In this document: positions 43,141-52,570 of the stretch, piece after piece
Layout of the letters: the number at the start of each line of letters is the position of its first letter
Numbering within the stretch: the first letter of the stretch is position 1
Virus record (IMG/VR): IMGVR_UViG_3300031820_000003
Location: 22,868 to 86,867 of that record
Direction: 5' to 3' (one strand)
Source: a virus
Taxonomy: Duplodnaviria; Caudoviricetes
DNA: 64,000 nt
Notes under the pieces: generated by a model
The model's input: only the letters and a program-made list of their open reading frames with translations
What the model was told of the DNA's origin: nothing
Database searches by the model: none
Position numbers and translations under genes: made by a program

Positions 43141-44043
43141 CTAATGTCGGTGCATCAGTTGGGTCATGGTCGGGAAGAACGGATGGCTGCGCGGGGTCGT
43201 GGTGACGGCAGGCGGAATGAAGGTCGCAATCGACAGATTGTAGGGCACGAATGGCGCGTTATCGATGCGGATCGGCTGCGCAGGATTGCGCCAGTCCGAC
43301 AGATTGAACGGCTGCGATGGATTGGGGAAATTGAGCGGCAGCGACAGGCTGAGGGTATCTGCACCGATCTTCCCTCGTGCATTCGTCGCTAACGGCCAAT
43401 CACCTTGGGCAAATGGCGGTACAACAATCGGCGTCGCCTGCAACGGCAGCAGATTGACGACGATGTCGGACTTGATCGGCGGCAGGCCGAAGATGCGGAT
43501 TTCGGTCGCATTGACGAACGGCTGGGCCGGATTGGGCGTCAATAGTGGCGAGAGCGTCCCAATGGCCTCGGCCGTAGACTTCGGTTGCGCCGGGCGTGCA
43601 AGCTCCCAGAGATTTTGAGCGAATGGCTGTGCCGGATTTGGAGCATACAGCGGCAAGGATGCCGCGAAAGACGTATCTGGAATCTTCTGACGCAGAGTTG
43701 CCGCGAGCAGCCAATCAGTCTGTTTGAATGGCCTCGGTGGAGCAACTGCCCCAATTGCGCCGCCTACGGTTTCGGAGGGAACCTTCAGCCAAGGTCTTGC
43801 TGGGCCTTCCCATAGCGCCTGGACAAACGGCTGCGCTGGGTTGGGATGGAAGGTCGGAAAAAGGTTTGCAGGCGCGTCGGAGGCCTGAACTTTTCCCGGT
43901 CCCTGCGGTCTTGGCCAGTCTGTCTGAGTGAACGGCTGCTTGGGATTAGGCGCGTATAATGCAGAGATAGTGACGTTATACGTCTCACTCGCGACCTTCC
44001 GCGGCGGGTAGATCGTGACAATTATCGGAGGGCGGAAGGTCAT
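43141..44043 (-). CDS. Pro-rich repeat protein (7 x PNPxQPFxQxxW)
   Basis: Internal ~33-38 aa repeats. Confidence 0.75.
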   Translation of the reverse strand: MTFRPPIIVTIYPPRKVASETYNVTISALYAPNPKQPFTQTDWPRPQGPGKVQASDAPANLFPTFHPNPAQPFVQALWEGPARPWLKVPSETVGGAIGAVAPPRPFKQTDWLLAATLRQKIPDTSFAASLPLYAPNPAQPFAQNLWELARPAQPKSTAEAIGTLSPLLTPNPAQPFVNATEIRIFGLPPIKSDIVVNLLPLQATPIVVPPFAQGDWPLATNARGKIGADTLSLSLPLNFPNPSQPFNLSDWRNPAQPIRIDNAPFVPYNLSIATFIPPAVTTTPRSHPFFPTMTQLMHRH

Positions 44044-44049
44044 AGAAGT

Positions 44050-44571
44050 TTACATCGTCTCGTAGATGATATGCGCGCCCATCGCAGAGGCGGCCGTCGA
44101 GCCGGTGAACGAACTTAAGCTCAGCTCGCCCAGCGATGCCGTGTTGCCGAGGATGCCGAAGCGATCCGAGGTGTTGGCATAGTTCGCTCGAACGATGCCG
44201 CCGAAGGCATTGAACGTGAAGTTCTTCTTCGAGAGTGACACCGAGTTCGAGCGGATGGGCTGCGTCGTTGCAGCAGCCACGAATGCAACAGCAGGAGCCG
44301 TCAGCACGCCCGCGGAGGGGTTGTCCGGGCCGTTCGTGTTCGGGGTGGTCAATGTCGAGCCGCCAACCGTCACAGTCGAGTCGCGGCCGAGCAGCATGAT
44401 GAGCGGCGCGGTCGAGGCCGCTTGCCCGCCCATGTAAACCTCATCGACGAAGTTCACTTGGGTCGCGGTGCCGCCTTGGATGACCATGTAGGTGGCAGTC
44501 GTGAGTGAGGAGCCATCGGCCGTCCCCGCGCCAGGAGTGATGGTGCCGACAGCGAAGGTATAGACAGACAT
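44050..44571 (-). CDS. Putative virion protein
   Basis: AAGGAG SD; Thr/Ala-rich. Confidence 0.75.
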   Translation of the reverse strand: MSVYTFAVGTITPGAGTADGSSLTTATYMVIQGGTATQVNFVDEVYMGGQAASTAPLIMLLGRDSTVTVGGSTLTTPNTNGPDNPSAGVLTAPAVAFVAAATTQPIRSNSVSLSKKNFTFNAFGGIVRANYANTSDRFGILGNTASLGELSLSSFTGSTAASAMGAHIIYETM

Positions 44572-44586
44572 AGCGTATCTCCTTGA

Positions 44587-44910
44587 TTACCGGGTCAGCC
44601 GGTTGAACATCTCGTAAAGCTGCTGCCGCAGCGGGACGCACGAGCCCGTCAACCGTCTGCGTAGGGAACAGCGGTCGCATAGATAGGCGTCATGCACCAT
44701 GCAGTATTCGCGATCGCGCGAGCGGTTAGGATTGAGGATCACATCGCCACCGCAGCTATGGCAGACCGTGATTGCCGACTCGAAAACCTGCCCCGCTCCC
44801 ACCACTGGCGCATCGAGATTGTTGGCGCGGATGAATTCCTGCGAGATGCCGGGCGAGTTACGATGATCGATGAGAATGTAGGCCTCATCCGCGCGCTTGC
44901 TCCTCATCAC
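44587..44910 (-). CDS. Cys-rich zinc-binding protein
   Basis: CHSC..CMVH..CDRC..C. Confidence 0.7.
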   Translation of the reverse strand: MMRSKRADEAYILIDHRNSPGISQEFIRANNLDAPVVGAGQVFESAITVCHSCGGDVILNPNRSRDREYCMVHDAYLCDRCSLRRRLTGSCVPLRQQLYEMFNRLTR

Positions 44911-45575
44911 ATTGTCGCCTGCGCCATGAGAACATCCGCGCTAGCTGGCACCTGCACGTCGCAGGCGGCATAGCCCCAGAAGTCCGACGTGATGGCAGCC
45001 GTTGATAGCGTGGTAGACCCAGCACCCGCCGTATAGTTGGCCGCTCCGTTGTTGACCCTCGACGTGTCCACCCACCATTGCGTCTGGTTCGTGCCGCTAA
45101 TGGTCGCACTGTCATCAAACATGCAGCCGACAGCAAAGTCGTTGGTTGGGCTGGTGACGGTGATGCTCGGTGCTGTGGAGGTTGCCGTGGTGGCCGTGCC
45201 GTTCTTGCAGGGCGTCGTAGTGTCCGACCCCTTCCACGACATCATGTTGAAGTAGCCGGCGTAAGTATTCGTCCACGTCATCTTGGCGGTCTGCGCGCCA
45301 GTGGTCGGGGAACCGATCGTGGAGAGGAATGCCCTGCTGGTATTGATGGCTCCGTTATGGAAGCCCGTATCGGCCGAGGTTACGATTGAGAGCGTTTGTG
45401 CCGCCCACTGTACGACAACGCTCGTGGGCGTTGAGATTCCGATGTTGTCTCCGAATACGGAGGATGCCACAACGGCGGTCGCGGATGCCGTCGCGGTGAT
45501 CGGCGTGCCGGAAACAGTCGTCGCCGCAGCAAAGCTAATGTCTGTAGTGTTGACGGCATCGACCGCGACAGCCAT
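44907..45575 (-). CDS. Putative virion beta-sandwich protein
   Basis: Thr/Ala-rich 222 aa. Confidence 0.7.
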   Translation of the reverse strand: MAVAVDAVNTTDISFAAATTVSGTPITATASATAVVASSVFGDNIGISTPTSVVVQWAAQTLSIVTSADTGFHNGAINTSRAFLSTIGSPTTGAQTAKMTWTNTYAGYFNMMSWKGSDTTTPCKNGTATTATSTAPSITVTSPTNDFAVGCMFDDSATISGTNQTQWWVDTSRVNNGAANYTAGAGSTTLSTAAITSDFWGYAACDVQVPASADVLMAQATM

Positions 45576-46189
45576 CAGCCCAATTCCACCACTTGGAGGG
45601 AGGTCACGAGGCTAGCGCTTGTCGTCAGCGAAGCACGAATCATCCGGTTGAGATTGCCGGCGCCATCAGACGGAAGCGCGTGCTGGAGCCAGCAAAGACC
45701 GCCGCCGCCAGAACTCATCGCCACAGAGGCTACGGTTTGCGAGTTGTTGACGATGTAGGTGCCTGCACCGCCGGTCCCGGTTCCGAAGTCGGTGATATAG
45801 GTGCCCATGGCAACGGTGAGGGCAGTCGGGCCAACGACCAAGTCACCGATACGCAGATTGCCCCCTGACGGAGCCAACGCAATTGTCAGAGTGGTTCCGG
45901 CGATTACCCCAACGTAGGTAATCAGCCGTGATGGTGGTGCGTAGCCCTTATCACGCCCTACGGTGCATAGGGGCTGACCATCGCTCTTCATCGGGTTCCA
46001 GGTCGTGCCGCCGTCGAAGCTCACATCAAGGGTGGCTGTCGCGGTAGCGGTATTGGAGCCCGTGTGGTTAGTGGTGTCGTACTGAAGTCTGATTGCGGTG
46101 GCGTTCACATTCGTGGCCACCGCTGCGATATTGATCGTGCCATTGACCGCGCTATTGGCGCCAGTCGTATGCGTCGCCAGCGTGGTCAT
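45575..46189 (-). CDS. Putative virion/fibre protein
   Basis: GTYI..FGTGTGG.GTY.V..SQTV.S fibre-like motif. Confidence 0.7.
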   Translation of the reverse strand: MTTLATHTTGANSAVNGTINIAAVATNVNATAIRLQYDTTNHTGSNTATATATLDVSFDGGTTWNPMKSDGQPLCTVGRDKGYAPPSRLITYVGVIAGTTLTIALAPSGGNLRIGDLVVGPTALTVAMGTYITDFGTGTGGAGTYIVNNSQTVASVAMSSGGGGLCWLQHALPSDGAGNLNRMIRASLTTSASLVTSLQVVELG

Positions 46190-46492
46190 CTACGAATCCG
46201 CGATCACGGACAGCTTGTCGCCGGGCCGCACGCTGTAGACGCGCAGGCCCCCAGCGGGGATGAATTGGCTATTGACCGACGCGACAGGGTTCGATCCGCC
46301 GCATAGCACCGCGCAGTTGGCCGTGGTCGATACCTCGATCAGCCGCGTGGATGGGCTGAAGGCATTCGATTGCTGCGGAGTGCCGCTTGAGAAGTCGATA
46401 ACCGGCTGTTCGAGTGCTGGCGGGCTGACTGGCGCTTGTACGCTGGAGAACACCGGCTCGGTGTATTCCGCGATCTTCAAGTGCGACGACAT
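46190..46492 (-). CDS. Small virion beta-protein
   Basis: 100 aa, ends PGDKLSVIA. Confidence 0.7.
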   Translation of the reverse strand: MSSHLKIAEYTEPVFSSVQAPVSPPALEQPVIDFSSGTPQQSNAFSPSTRLIEVSTTANCAVLCGGSNPVASVNSQFIPAGGLRVYSVRPGDKLSVIADS

Positions 46493-46914
46493 CAGGCCAC
46501 AAGCTTGCCGGCCGCCTCGTCAAATGCCGCCTTGAGCTTGGCCGATTGGGCATTGAGCACGTCGAGCTCGGCCCGGCGGTCGCGGATTTGCGCCTGCAGG
46601 CCCGTCAGAACGTCAGCGGCAGCCTTTACCTGCTGGTCCGCACTCTCGGTCGCCGCAGCCATGCGGCTCTTGTGGGCCTCGTGGGCGGCATCCAGGTCCC
46701 TTTTGATCTTGGCGGCCGCCTCACCATGATCATGCAACGATAACGCTGCGGCATTTCTGGCTTTATGCGCTTGGGTTTGCGCCTCTATTGCCGCCTCGTG
46801 TGCCGCCTTGGCGCGCGCCTCGGCCTGCCTGGCCTGCTCTACAATGGCGGCATGGTTGTCGATCGCCTCCATCGCCGCCTTCAGCGAGTCCGCAAACGCT
46901 CTCAGGTCGCTCAT
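46492..46914 (-). CDS. Coiled-coil protein
   Basis: Ala-rich heptads; coupled to portal stop. Confidence 0.7.
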   Translation of the reverse strand: MSDLRAFADSLKAAMEAIDNHAAIVEQARQAEARAKAAHEAAIEAQTQAHKARNAAALSLHDHGEAAAKIKRDLDAAHEAHKSRMAAATESADQQVKAAADVLTGLQAQIRDRRAELDVLNAQSAKLKAAFDEAAGKLVA

Positions 46915-48935
46915 GCTGCTCTACTCTTCTGTTTCGGCCGCATGGCCAGTTCCTTGCGCTTGGCCGCATGCTCGGCAGCGCGCGTCTGCGCCGTCGCATA
47001 AAGCTCGGCCATCTTGAATTGATGCTCCTGCTCGTTCTGCCGCATCTCGAGCGCAATGCGCTGGCGTTCCGCCGCCTCACGCTCGCGCTCCAGTGCTGCA
47101 TCGCGCTCCTGTGCCTGCGCCTCGCGCTGCTGGCTCGCCTGCTCGGCCTGCACGCTGAACTGAGCCTTGGCGATCTCGGCCTGACCCTTCTGAGCCTGCG
47201 TTTGCGCCGTGATTTGCGCAATCTGCATCTTCGGATCAGGCTTCTGCGCGGCCTGCTGCATCATCATGTTGAGCTTGTCGCGTATCTCCTGCGGCAGCGG
47301 CATCAGCTCAAAGAGGATATTCGGCGGAACAACGCCCGGCGGCAGCGTCTTGAGCGTCTCCAGCGTGTCGAGCAGCACATTGGCAACGTCAGGACCCTCA
47401 TCCAGGACGAGATCGACCGCGATATTACCCAGCCGATTGACCCAACACGGCCGCCCGAACTGATCCATGCGCACGCCGTTGAGCTGAATGAGCTGCATGG
47501 CCTGCTGATTACCCGCATTGACCCTCAGCCAGCGCTCGTTCTGCCAAGTGGAGCGCACGATGTTCCAAACGGTTCGATAAACACGGAGCTTCCAAGCCCT
47601 GTAATACTTGATGAATGATCCCAACTCCGCCAATCCTGCTTTCTGAAGCATGTTGATAGCGACACCGGAGTGCATGTCAGGAGCATCTGCTCCCATGATA
47701 TCGGGTGTGATGTTGGCAAACTGGTCGATTTCATTGCGTGCGTCCTGCATCAGTCCGAGTTGCGCTTGGAGATCAGGCTGCCACTCGTCAACCGTGACTT
47801 CTTTGCCAGGATTTCGCTCAACAACGCCATCAGGACGCGCCCACTCGGTGCGCGCCTTTTCAGTATCATCCACTGCGCCCTTCTCCATGATGAGCCGCCG
47901 AGTATTGGATATGAACAATGCCTTTGAGCGACGCTGGTTGAGCTCGTCCTGAGGGCCTTTAAGGTTCCGCGGGAAGCCATAGCGATCTCCATCATGATCC
48001 ACAGCAGCCGAGAACATGATGAACCGGTTCATCGGCCGATTGCGCTCGTCCAAGAATGGCGAAACGCCCTGCGTCAGCAGCAGCCACGAGCAGTAGAAGG
48101 CCCAATACCATTTGCCCTGATACTTATACCAGTGCTCGACAAGGCGAAGACGCTGCTCGTTTACGTAAATCCATTTGAACTCGCGGTCGCTGTGCGTCGT
48201 CAGGTCGAACCCGGTATCGACCATCAAGGTTCGGAGTTCAGCCTCCTTGTCGGGGAATAGCTCGACGGCTGACTCAACATCGAGCCATTTGGCGATACCC
48301 ATGTAACGGGCGTCGCTGAAGTCTGGTTTGTAGGATCGAGGGTCGTAGAAGAAGTCGTCCCCGAAGACGAAATCACCAGAAATGTCCGGGTCAGCGTGGT
48401 CGCCGGGGACGAGCTTGAGTTCGATGCCACCGATGCCCTCTATCGCTGCTTGTTTGCATGCCTCGAAGTCGAGGTACTCAAAGTCCATTCCGTCCAGAAC
48501 AGCCCTTACCGATTGGGTGACCAGATCGGCTCCGGCTTGCGCTTGGGGATTGCGAGGATAAGCTTTGGGGTCCTGTCGCAGCTTCTGTACAAGGCCAACA
48601 ATGCCGTCAATCTTGCGGTTTGTTCGGTTGAAAGTAATGACAGGTTGTCGGCGCGTCCGCAGGATACGGATTTCCTCAGGAGACCACTGGGCTCCGTGGT
48701 AGTAATGCCGGCTGACCTTTTGTTCCTCATACTCGAGCACCTTGGTCGCGAGATAATCGGTATACTGCTGGCGCAGGCGCGAGACCGGGAAGAATCCGTC
48801 TTCATCGGACGTATAGTCGAAGTCATCAGGCTGGTTCGTGGTCCAGTTATGTCCAACCGTGCCACCACGCGATTTGAAGTTCTCCGTTCCGATGTTGGCA
48901 TTTGGCCGCATCGACGGACGCGCAGCGTAGACCAT
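46911..48935 (-). CDS. Portal protein (P22-like, long C-terminal coiled-coil barrel)
   Basis: YYHGAQW..RRQP..N; D..DARY; QDE.N.RRS; SGVAI. Confidence 0.92.
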   Translation of the reverse strand: MVYAARPSMRPNANIGTENFKSRGGTVGHNWTTNQPDDFDYTSDEDGFFPVSRLRQQYTDYLATKVLEYEEQKVSRHYYHGAQWSPEEIRILRTRRQPVITFNRTNRKIDGIVGLVQKLRQDPKAYPRNPQAQAGADLVTQSVRAVLDGMDFEYLDFEACKQAAIEGIGGIELKLVPGDHADPDISGDFVFGDDFFYDPRSYKPDFSDARYMGIAKWLDVESAVELFPDKEAELRTLMVDTGFDLTTHSDREFKWIYVNEQRLRLVEHWYKYQGKWYWAFYCSWLLLTQGVSPFLDERNRPMNRFIMFSAAVDHDGDRYGFPRNLKGPQDELNQRRSKALFISNTRRLIMEKGAVDDTEKARTEWARPDGVVERNPGKEVTVDEWQPDLQAQLGLMQDARNEIDQFANITPDIMGADAPDMHSGVAINMLQKAGLAELGSFIKYYRAWKLRVYRTVWNIVRSTWQNERWLRVNAGNQQAMQLIQLNGVRMDQFGRPCWVNRLGNIAVDLVLDEGPDVANVLLDTLETLKTLPPGVVPPNILFELMPLPQEIRDKLNMMMQQAAQKPDPKMQIAQITAQTQAQKGQAEIAKAQFSVQAEQASQQREAQAQERDAALEREREAAERQRIALEMRQNEQEHQFKMAELYATAQTRAAEHAAKRKELAMRPKQKSRAA

Positions 48936-49615
48936 TAGTGAACCATCATCCGCTTGCCGCTCTCATGCTCGACAATCGCAATCGCCTGCAGCTTGGCATG
49001 CGCCTCCTCAAGCGTGCGGCAGCCAAAGCCCATCCGCTTGCCGCTGGGCAAGGTCGAGACCACAAGCCATGGCCATTCGTGCCGGTCCTGGTTGACGTTC
49101 TCCTCAATGCCCCAGACCGTTTCAATCTGGGACATCGCCGCCCCACTCTACCTGTGCCGCCTCGTCCTCGCTGTAGACCCACCCGCGCGGCAGCTTGGTG
49201 TTCTCCATCTGCTGCGCCGTCGAGCCTAAGCCAGTCACGATACGATCCACATCCCAGTCAAAGGCGTTATGCTCGATAAGGTGCGACTTGCTGCCATGCG
49301 AGAAGCACAGGCCAAAACGCTCAGGCTCGCCCTTGATGGTGTAGAGCGCCACACGTCCGCGACCGGCCAGGCGAGCATTGAGGGCGGTCTCAAGCTGGCG
49401 ATCGCGATCGGTGCAGTATGTGCGGCTGTCGGAGATGCGCTTCATAGCTTGGGCAAATGCGGATTTAACTCGTGCTCCAGCAGCATAAGAGCGTATTTTG
49501 AGGCTTCTGATTTGCCCTGATCAACGATCTTGATCAGTTCAAAGAGTTGCTTCCGAGATAAAGGCTTCTCGTGATATTCAATATGGCCGACTCCATCATC
49601 CATTGCTGCCCTCAT
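48935..49615 (-). other. Three small coupled ORFs between terL and portal (48935-49135, 49122-49445, 49442-49615)
   Basis: Overlapping start/stop codons. Confidence 0.55.
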
Positions 49616-51144
49616 AGCGTCTTCAGCAGATAGTCGTTCTGCTTGCGGTCGAATGTGTCCTTCGGCGTGCCGTAGTCCGTGAACTTGAACTCTTCCTCGA
49701 TCGGCTTCTCACGCAACCATGGCCGCGAGCTACAGGCATATCGCCAGTCATCCGCCGCATGATCCTCGCTCTGCGTGTCCAAGTCTTCCGGCTTGGCAGG
49801 ATCGTGCTGCAACATCGGTATGGTGCGGATCGAGGCAGAGCAGGTCGAGAAGCAATAGATCATCGGAATGCCCAATGGCTTCCCGTCGTCCGTCAGTTTG
49901 CCCACCAGGCGCGAGCGCATCTGGTCCCAGCCCGCCATAGGCCCGCGTCGGTCCTTGCTGTCCTTGGCCGATACGCGCGTATTGTCCGCCCGGCGGAAGG
50001 ACATGCGCTCCTTGCGCAAGAGTTCGTCATTGATGCGTTCGCCGATCGACGGGCCGCCATCCTCTTTGAACGTGGATGGGTCTAGAACCGCGTCAGAAAG
50101 CGCAGGATCGCTGGCTTCAAGCTCGGCTATCTGGCGGCCTACCTCGTTGGCGTCGAGCTTGAGCCCCTTCTGGCCTGATTCTGCGGGGTCGCGTGTGCCA
50201 TAGAACTCTCGATATCGCACGAGCGCGCCACGTGGCAGCTTCTTGCGGCCGAGCCAGTGGTCATCCTGAACCACTGCCCACCAGCCAAAAGAAAACGGTG
50301 AATATGAACCCCAGTCACCCGATCGAAACCGTATCCAGTCCTCAGGGATATCAAACGGCTCGATAACATGCTTTTCGGTTGACCAGCAGTCGAAGAATGC
50401 CCCTTCGACGACATTCCAGTCGCCATCCAGCCATGCCTTGACCAGCGCCTCACTCCCGAGACCGGCAAGCCGGCTTGGATAGCCAGGGTCGTTTTGCAGC
50501 AGGATCGCGTTGTCGCTGATCTTCGCCGGGATGAACATCCGATGATGATGCGTCACCGCATCGTATATCCGCTGATACCCGCCTTGAGCGGGGTTGACGA
50601 AGTAGCTCTTGACCCAATGGTGACCGACACCGCCCGGATTTGCCGTCGATCTTATGCGCTTTCTTGGCACGTTTTCCCGCGAACGAAGCCGGCCTCTCAA
50701 GTATCGATATGCTTCGTCGGTAGCCCACTGGGTCAGCTCATCCCAGCCGATCCACGTATAGCTGTGGCCCTGATAGCGCGTGCGGTGCTTGACCTGCTCG
50801 AGATAGCGGAAGCGCAGTGTTGCCCCATTGGGCCACGTCCATGTCTTCTTCTGCTCGTTCCAGGCGGCGCCTGTCTGCGGATAAAGCTCATGGGCGCGCG
50901 ACATCAGTTCTTCGAGTTCGGCATAGGTGCGGCGGAACAGGATGCCGCGCCATGCGCTGCCATATGTCGGCACGTCCTGCAGGTAGTCGCCTAGCAGAAA
51001 GTCTGACTTGCCGCCTCCTGCGGCACCGCCATAGAGAAGCTCATTGCACCAGGTCGCCAGGATTGCGTCCGTTTGCGGACCTTCCTGCGGGGACCAGCGT
51101 TCGAGCTGATATGAGTTTGCGTCTTCGTTCAGCCCATTGCTCAT
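49612..51144 (-). CDS. terL: Terminase large subunit
   Basis: WSPQEGPQ, YGGAAGGGKS, WIGWDE, SGDWG, DHAADDWRY. Confidence 0.95.
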   Translation of the reverse strand: MSNGLNEDANSYQLERWSPQEGPQTDAILATWCNELLYGGAAGGGKSDFLLGDYLQDVPTYGSAWRGILFRRTYAELEELMSRAHELYPQTGAAWNEQKKTWTWPNGATLRFRYLEQVKHRTRYQGHSYTWIGWDELTQWATDEAYRYLRGRLRSRENVPRKRIRSTANPGGVGHHWVKSYFVNPAQGGYQRIYDAVTHHHRMFIPAKISDNAILLQNDPGYPSRLAGLGSEALVKAWLDGDWNVVEGAFFDCWSTEKHVIEPFDIPEDWIRFRSGDWGSYSPFSFGWWAVVQDDHWLGRKKLPRGALVRYREFYGTRDPAESGQKGLKLDANEVGRQIAELEASDPALSDAVLDPSTFKEDGGPSIGERINDELLRKERMSFRRADNTRVSAKDSKDRRGPMAGWDQMRSRLVGKLTDDGKPLGIPMIYCFSTCSASIRTIPMLQHDPAKPEDLDTQSEDHAADDWRYACSSRPWLREKPIEEEFKFTDYGTPKDTFDRKQNDYLLKTL

Positions 51145-51529
51145 AGGTTTCGGTGGGTGGAGCGTCGATGAATGCTACGTTATTGGTAACCTCGACGGTC
51201 GGCCGTTCGTTCAGCTTGCCGGCGAGCTTGGCCTTGAGGGTGAGAGCGGAGACGGCAGCGCCCATCTGCGGCTGCTCTAACGCAATCGCGAGCTGCCTGA
51301 TCTCTTCGGCCTCTTCCATGAGGCTTTCGAGAGTTACCTCGAACTTTTTAGCCGTCTTGCGCTGAAGATAGGTAACCCTATCCGTAATGCTTTCATTTGC
51401 TTTCAAGCGCGTAGCGTTCCCGCGATTCGCGCTATAACCTGCTACTTGGTAAGCCTCATCGGCCGTTTTCCCTTCTGCCAATGCCTGGGCGAAAGCCTCG
51501 TGGCGAGGGTTCTTAAGAGGACCTGGCAT
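51041..51529 (-). CDS. terS: Terminase small subunit
   Basis: LKNPRHEAFAQ.....ADEAYQVAGY. Confidence 0.88.
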   Translation of the reverse strand: MPGPLKNPRHEAFAQALAEGKTADEAYQVAGYSANRGNATRLKANESITDRVTYLQRKTAKKFEVTLESLMEEAEEIRQLAIALEQPQMGAAVSALTLKAKLAGKLNERPTVEVTNNVAFIDAPPTETYEQWAERRRKLISARTLVPAGRSANGRNPGDLVQ

Positions 51530-51664
51530 CGCTTAGCTTTTCATGATGGATGATACCGTATTCATCTACCCAGAATTTCCATTCAGAGGAATAGGGAGTG
51601 AACTCAATGGGCGGAATGAAAGTGGCCGCCATGACATTTAGGACTTCGTGATATTGCTCGTCGG

Positions 51665-52129
51665 TCATGTGCCGTCCCTTCCTTTAGGGCCACCATAGTA
51701 CGACTTATTGCCCGCATTGCCACCGGCTGGTCCACCTGAATGGACAGGCTGCTTGCCTTTCATGCGGGTGTTGCCGGTCTTCTTGCTGGGTCCGCGGCCA
51801 CCATAGCCTGCGCCGGCGGGGAATGTCTTGGACTGCTTCTGCGGGAACTGGTCGATGGCCTTCTTGCCGGGTACATAGCTGGCATTTACGCCGCCACCCT
51901 TTGAGGGCATGCCACCGATGCGGTCGCGCTGATAGGCGGGATCATTGATGTGGTTCTCGTCCACCTGAGCCTTTTGGCCGAGCGCGCCCTCATCCTTGGA
52001 CTTGGGCATCATGCTGGTCATGCGGCCTTTTTGCGAGCGGGTCTTGCTCAATGTTGCATTGCGCACGCCCGCGGCAGCCTTACCGGAGATCATCCCTGAG
52101 CGCATCAGGGAGGACATGGATTCAGTCAT
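51665..52129 (-). CDS. Basic Gly/Lys-rich disordered late protein
   Basis: Low-complexity sequence; GGAG SD. Confidence 0.7.
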   Translation of the reverse strand: MTESMSSLMRSGMISGKAAAGVRNATLSKTRSQKGRMTSMMPKSKDEGALGQKAQVDENHINDPAYQRDRIGGMPSKGGGVNASYVPGKKAIDQFPQKQSKTFPAGAGYGGRGPSKKTGNTRMKGKQPVHSGGPAGGNAGNKSYYGGPKGRDGT

Positions 52130-52373
52130 GGCGCATCTCCGAGGGGGACGGGAATACCGGAGGGGTGAGTGGGGTTTCCGGCTCGGTTGCCTTGCTGGCG
52201 GTAGTCAGCAGGTCGTGGAGATCCTGCATGGACTTGGCGAAGATCGGCGTGACGACCCAGCCATTCTGGGCGCGGGTCCATGCCTCGTCCTTGAGAGCCT
52301 CGAACTTATTGAGGAATGTATTCCTTGCCTTCTCTTCCTCGTCGGCCTGCTGGAGGGCGGTAAGATCGCTCAT
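52122..52373 (-). CDS. Hypothetical protein
   Basis: 83 aa from MSDLTAL; coupled. Confidence 0.65.
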   Translation of the reverse strand: MSDLTALQQADEEEKARNTFLNKFEALKDEAWTRAQNGWVVTPIFAKSMQDLHDLLTTASKATEPETPLTPPVFPSPSEMRHD

Positions 52374-52570
52374 GAGATACCGTGCCTTTCCGCGGCGCGA
52401 TCGGATATGGCGCCGCTTTTCTTGATGCGATTGGCCTTGGACAACAGCTTGGTGCCCTTGTCGGCCTGATTGAATTCCTTGCCGACCTTCTGCGGAACGC
52501 CGCCGTAGCCGCCCGGCGTATGCGCCGCGGCCGCCATTAATCTCGCTTGTGCGGGCGATTTGCTGGGCAT
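52370..52570 (-). CDS. Small basic phage protein
   Basis: MPSKSPAQARLMAAAAH..VPQKVGKEF...D motif common in phage late regions. Confidence 0.8.
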   Translation of the reverse strand: MPSKSPAQARLMAAAAHTPGGYGGVPQKVGKEFNQADKGTKLLSKANRIKKSGAISDRAAERHGIS

